Part shown: positions 63,030 to 64,000 of the stretch, one piece after another | How positions within the stretch are numbered: the first letter of the stretch is position 1 | Layout: the number at the start of each line of letters is the position of its first letter | From: Mobula hypostoma | Lineage: Eukaryota | Assembly (NCBI RefSeq): GCF_963921235.1 | Contig: NC_086109.1 | Span: 8,620,001-8,684,000 of the forward strand | DNA length: 64,000 bases | Direction of reading: 5' to 3' | Notes under the pieces: generated by a model | What the model saw: the letters and a program-made list of their open reading frames with translations, nothing else | Databases searched by the model: none | What the model was told of the DNA's origin: nothing | Program-made: the position numbers and the translations under genes

Positions 63030-63782
63030 TTAGAACGTAGGACATTACAGCACTGTACAGGCCCTTCGGCCCTCAGTGTTGTGCCTAACTTTTAACCTAT
63101 TCTAAGATCAATCCAATACCTCCCTCCCACAGAGCCCTCCATTTTTATAACACTCATATGCCTATCTGTCTAAACTCCAAGAGGACCTAACCCTTGTCGC
63201 TGGGTTTGTAGGCTTGCGTGCCTCAGTAACCCAGAGAGCTATGTTGCCTGGAGTCAAGGCCTTCTGCTTTGATTCCTGGTAGGGCCACCCTTGCCAAACA
63301 GGTCAAGGGGTAGAGGCCAGACTAAAGAGTGGTCCACCAGTTCTCCGGGTTTGGAAACAGCAATGAAATGTCATTGCTGCCCTAAATACCAGCAGCATAA
63401 CAGATAAGTAAGTAAGATCTGCCTATGTAAGAATCTCTTTAATGTCCCTAATATATCCGGTTCTACCACCACCCTGACAGCGCTTTCCAAGCAACCATCA
63501 TTCTCTGTGTGAAAGAACTTGCATCTGAATTCCCCCATACTTTCCTCCAAGCACTTTAAATTTCTCCCTCTCCTGTCCGCTCTGGAAAACCGTCACTGGC
63601 TGTCCATTCTGTGGCTCTTACCATCTTATCTCTGTCTCTTATCATCCTGTACACCTCTATCAAGTCACCTCTCAAACTTCTTCTCTCCAAAGAGAAAAGC
63701 ACTATCTTTATCAGCCTGTTCTCATAAGACATGTTTTCTAATCCAGGCAGCATCCCGGTAAATCTCCCCTGCACCCTCTCTA
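63030..63782 (-). mobile_element. CR1 3' fragment interrupted by a short insertion
   Basis: LERVQGRFTGMLPGLENMSYENRL...FSLERRSLRGDLIEVY; 3' UTR cactgagggccgaagggcctgtac on minus. Confidence 0.85.
63166..63419 (+). mobile_element. Short Rex3/Expander(RTE)-like non-autonomous element with (TAAG)n tail
   Basis: gagagctatgttg...cctggtagggccacccttgccaaacaggtc...ggccagactaaagagtgg resembles RTE/Expander 5' UTR; tgcctat duplicated at 63159-63165 and 63420-63426. Confidence 0.6.
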
Positions 63783-64000
63783 AATGTAACCCCACTTTTT
63801 AAAAAAGGAGGGAGAGAGAAACCGGGGAATTATAGACCGGTTAGCCTAACGTCGGTGGTGGGGAAACTGCTGGAGTCAGTTATCAAAGATGTGATAACAG
63901 CACATTTGGAAAGCGGTGAAATCATCGGACAAAGTCAGCATGGATTTGTGAAAGGAAAATCATGTCTGACGAATCTCATAGAATTTTTTGAGGATGTAAC
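63783..64000 (+). mobile_element. CR1 ORF2 reverse-transcriptase N-terminal region, uninterrupted frame running off the window
   Basis: NVTPLFKKGGREKPGNYRPVSLTSVVGKLLESVIKDVITAHLESGEIIGQSQHGFVKGKSCLTNLIEFFEDV. Confidence 0.93.

Overview
Eukaryotic, repeat-saturated genomic DNA with no bacterial or viral gene system. The repeat repertoire (CR1/HER1-type LINE fragments, HE1-like V-SINEs, Rex1/Babar-like LINEs, Penelope-like elements, RTE-like relics, Tc1 remnants) points by inference to a cartilaginous fish. About 38 kb (~12,354-50,096, with remnants to ~51,390) is one T/G-rich tandem array of ~26-30 bp monomers. Its left end holds two separately homogenised exact 30-bp blocks that read on the minus strand as mucin-like T/S/P-rich decapeptides (TAT[A/P/L]KTISIP, TATTKTISI[P/L]). 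The rest is a frameshifted satellite with nested higher-order duplications of 0.23-5.6 kb. The flanks are a mosaic of decayed, often nested TEs, including several minimal hammerhead-ribozyme motifs in Penelope-like termini and small fold-back elements. No host gene could be identified, although two splice-site-bounded exon candidates are flagged. Most ORF-track entries are TE relics or repeat artefacts. TE family names come from motif recognition rather than database searches, and boundaries are approximate.
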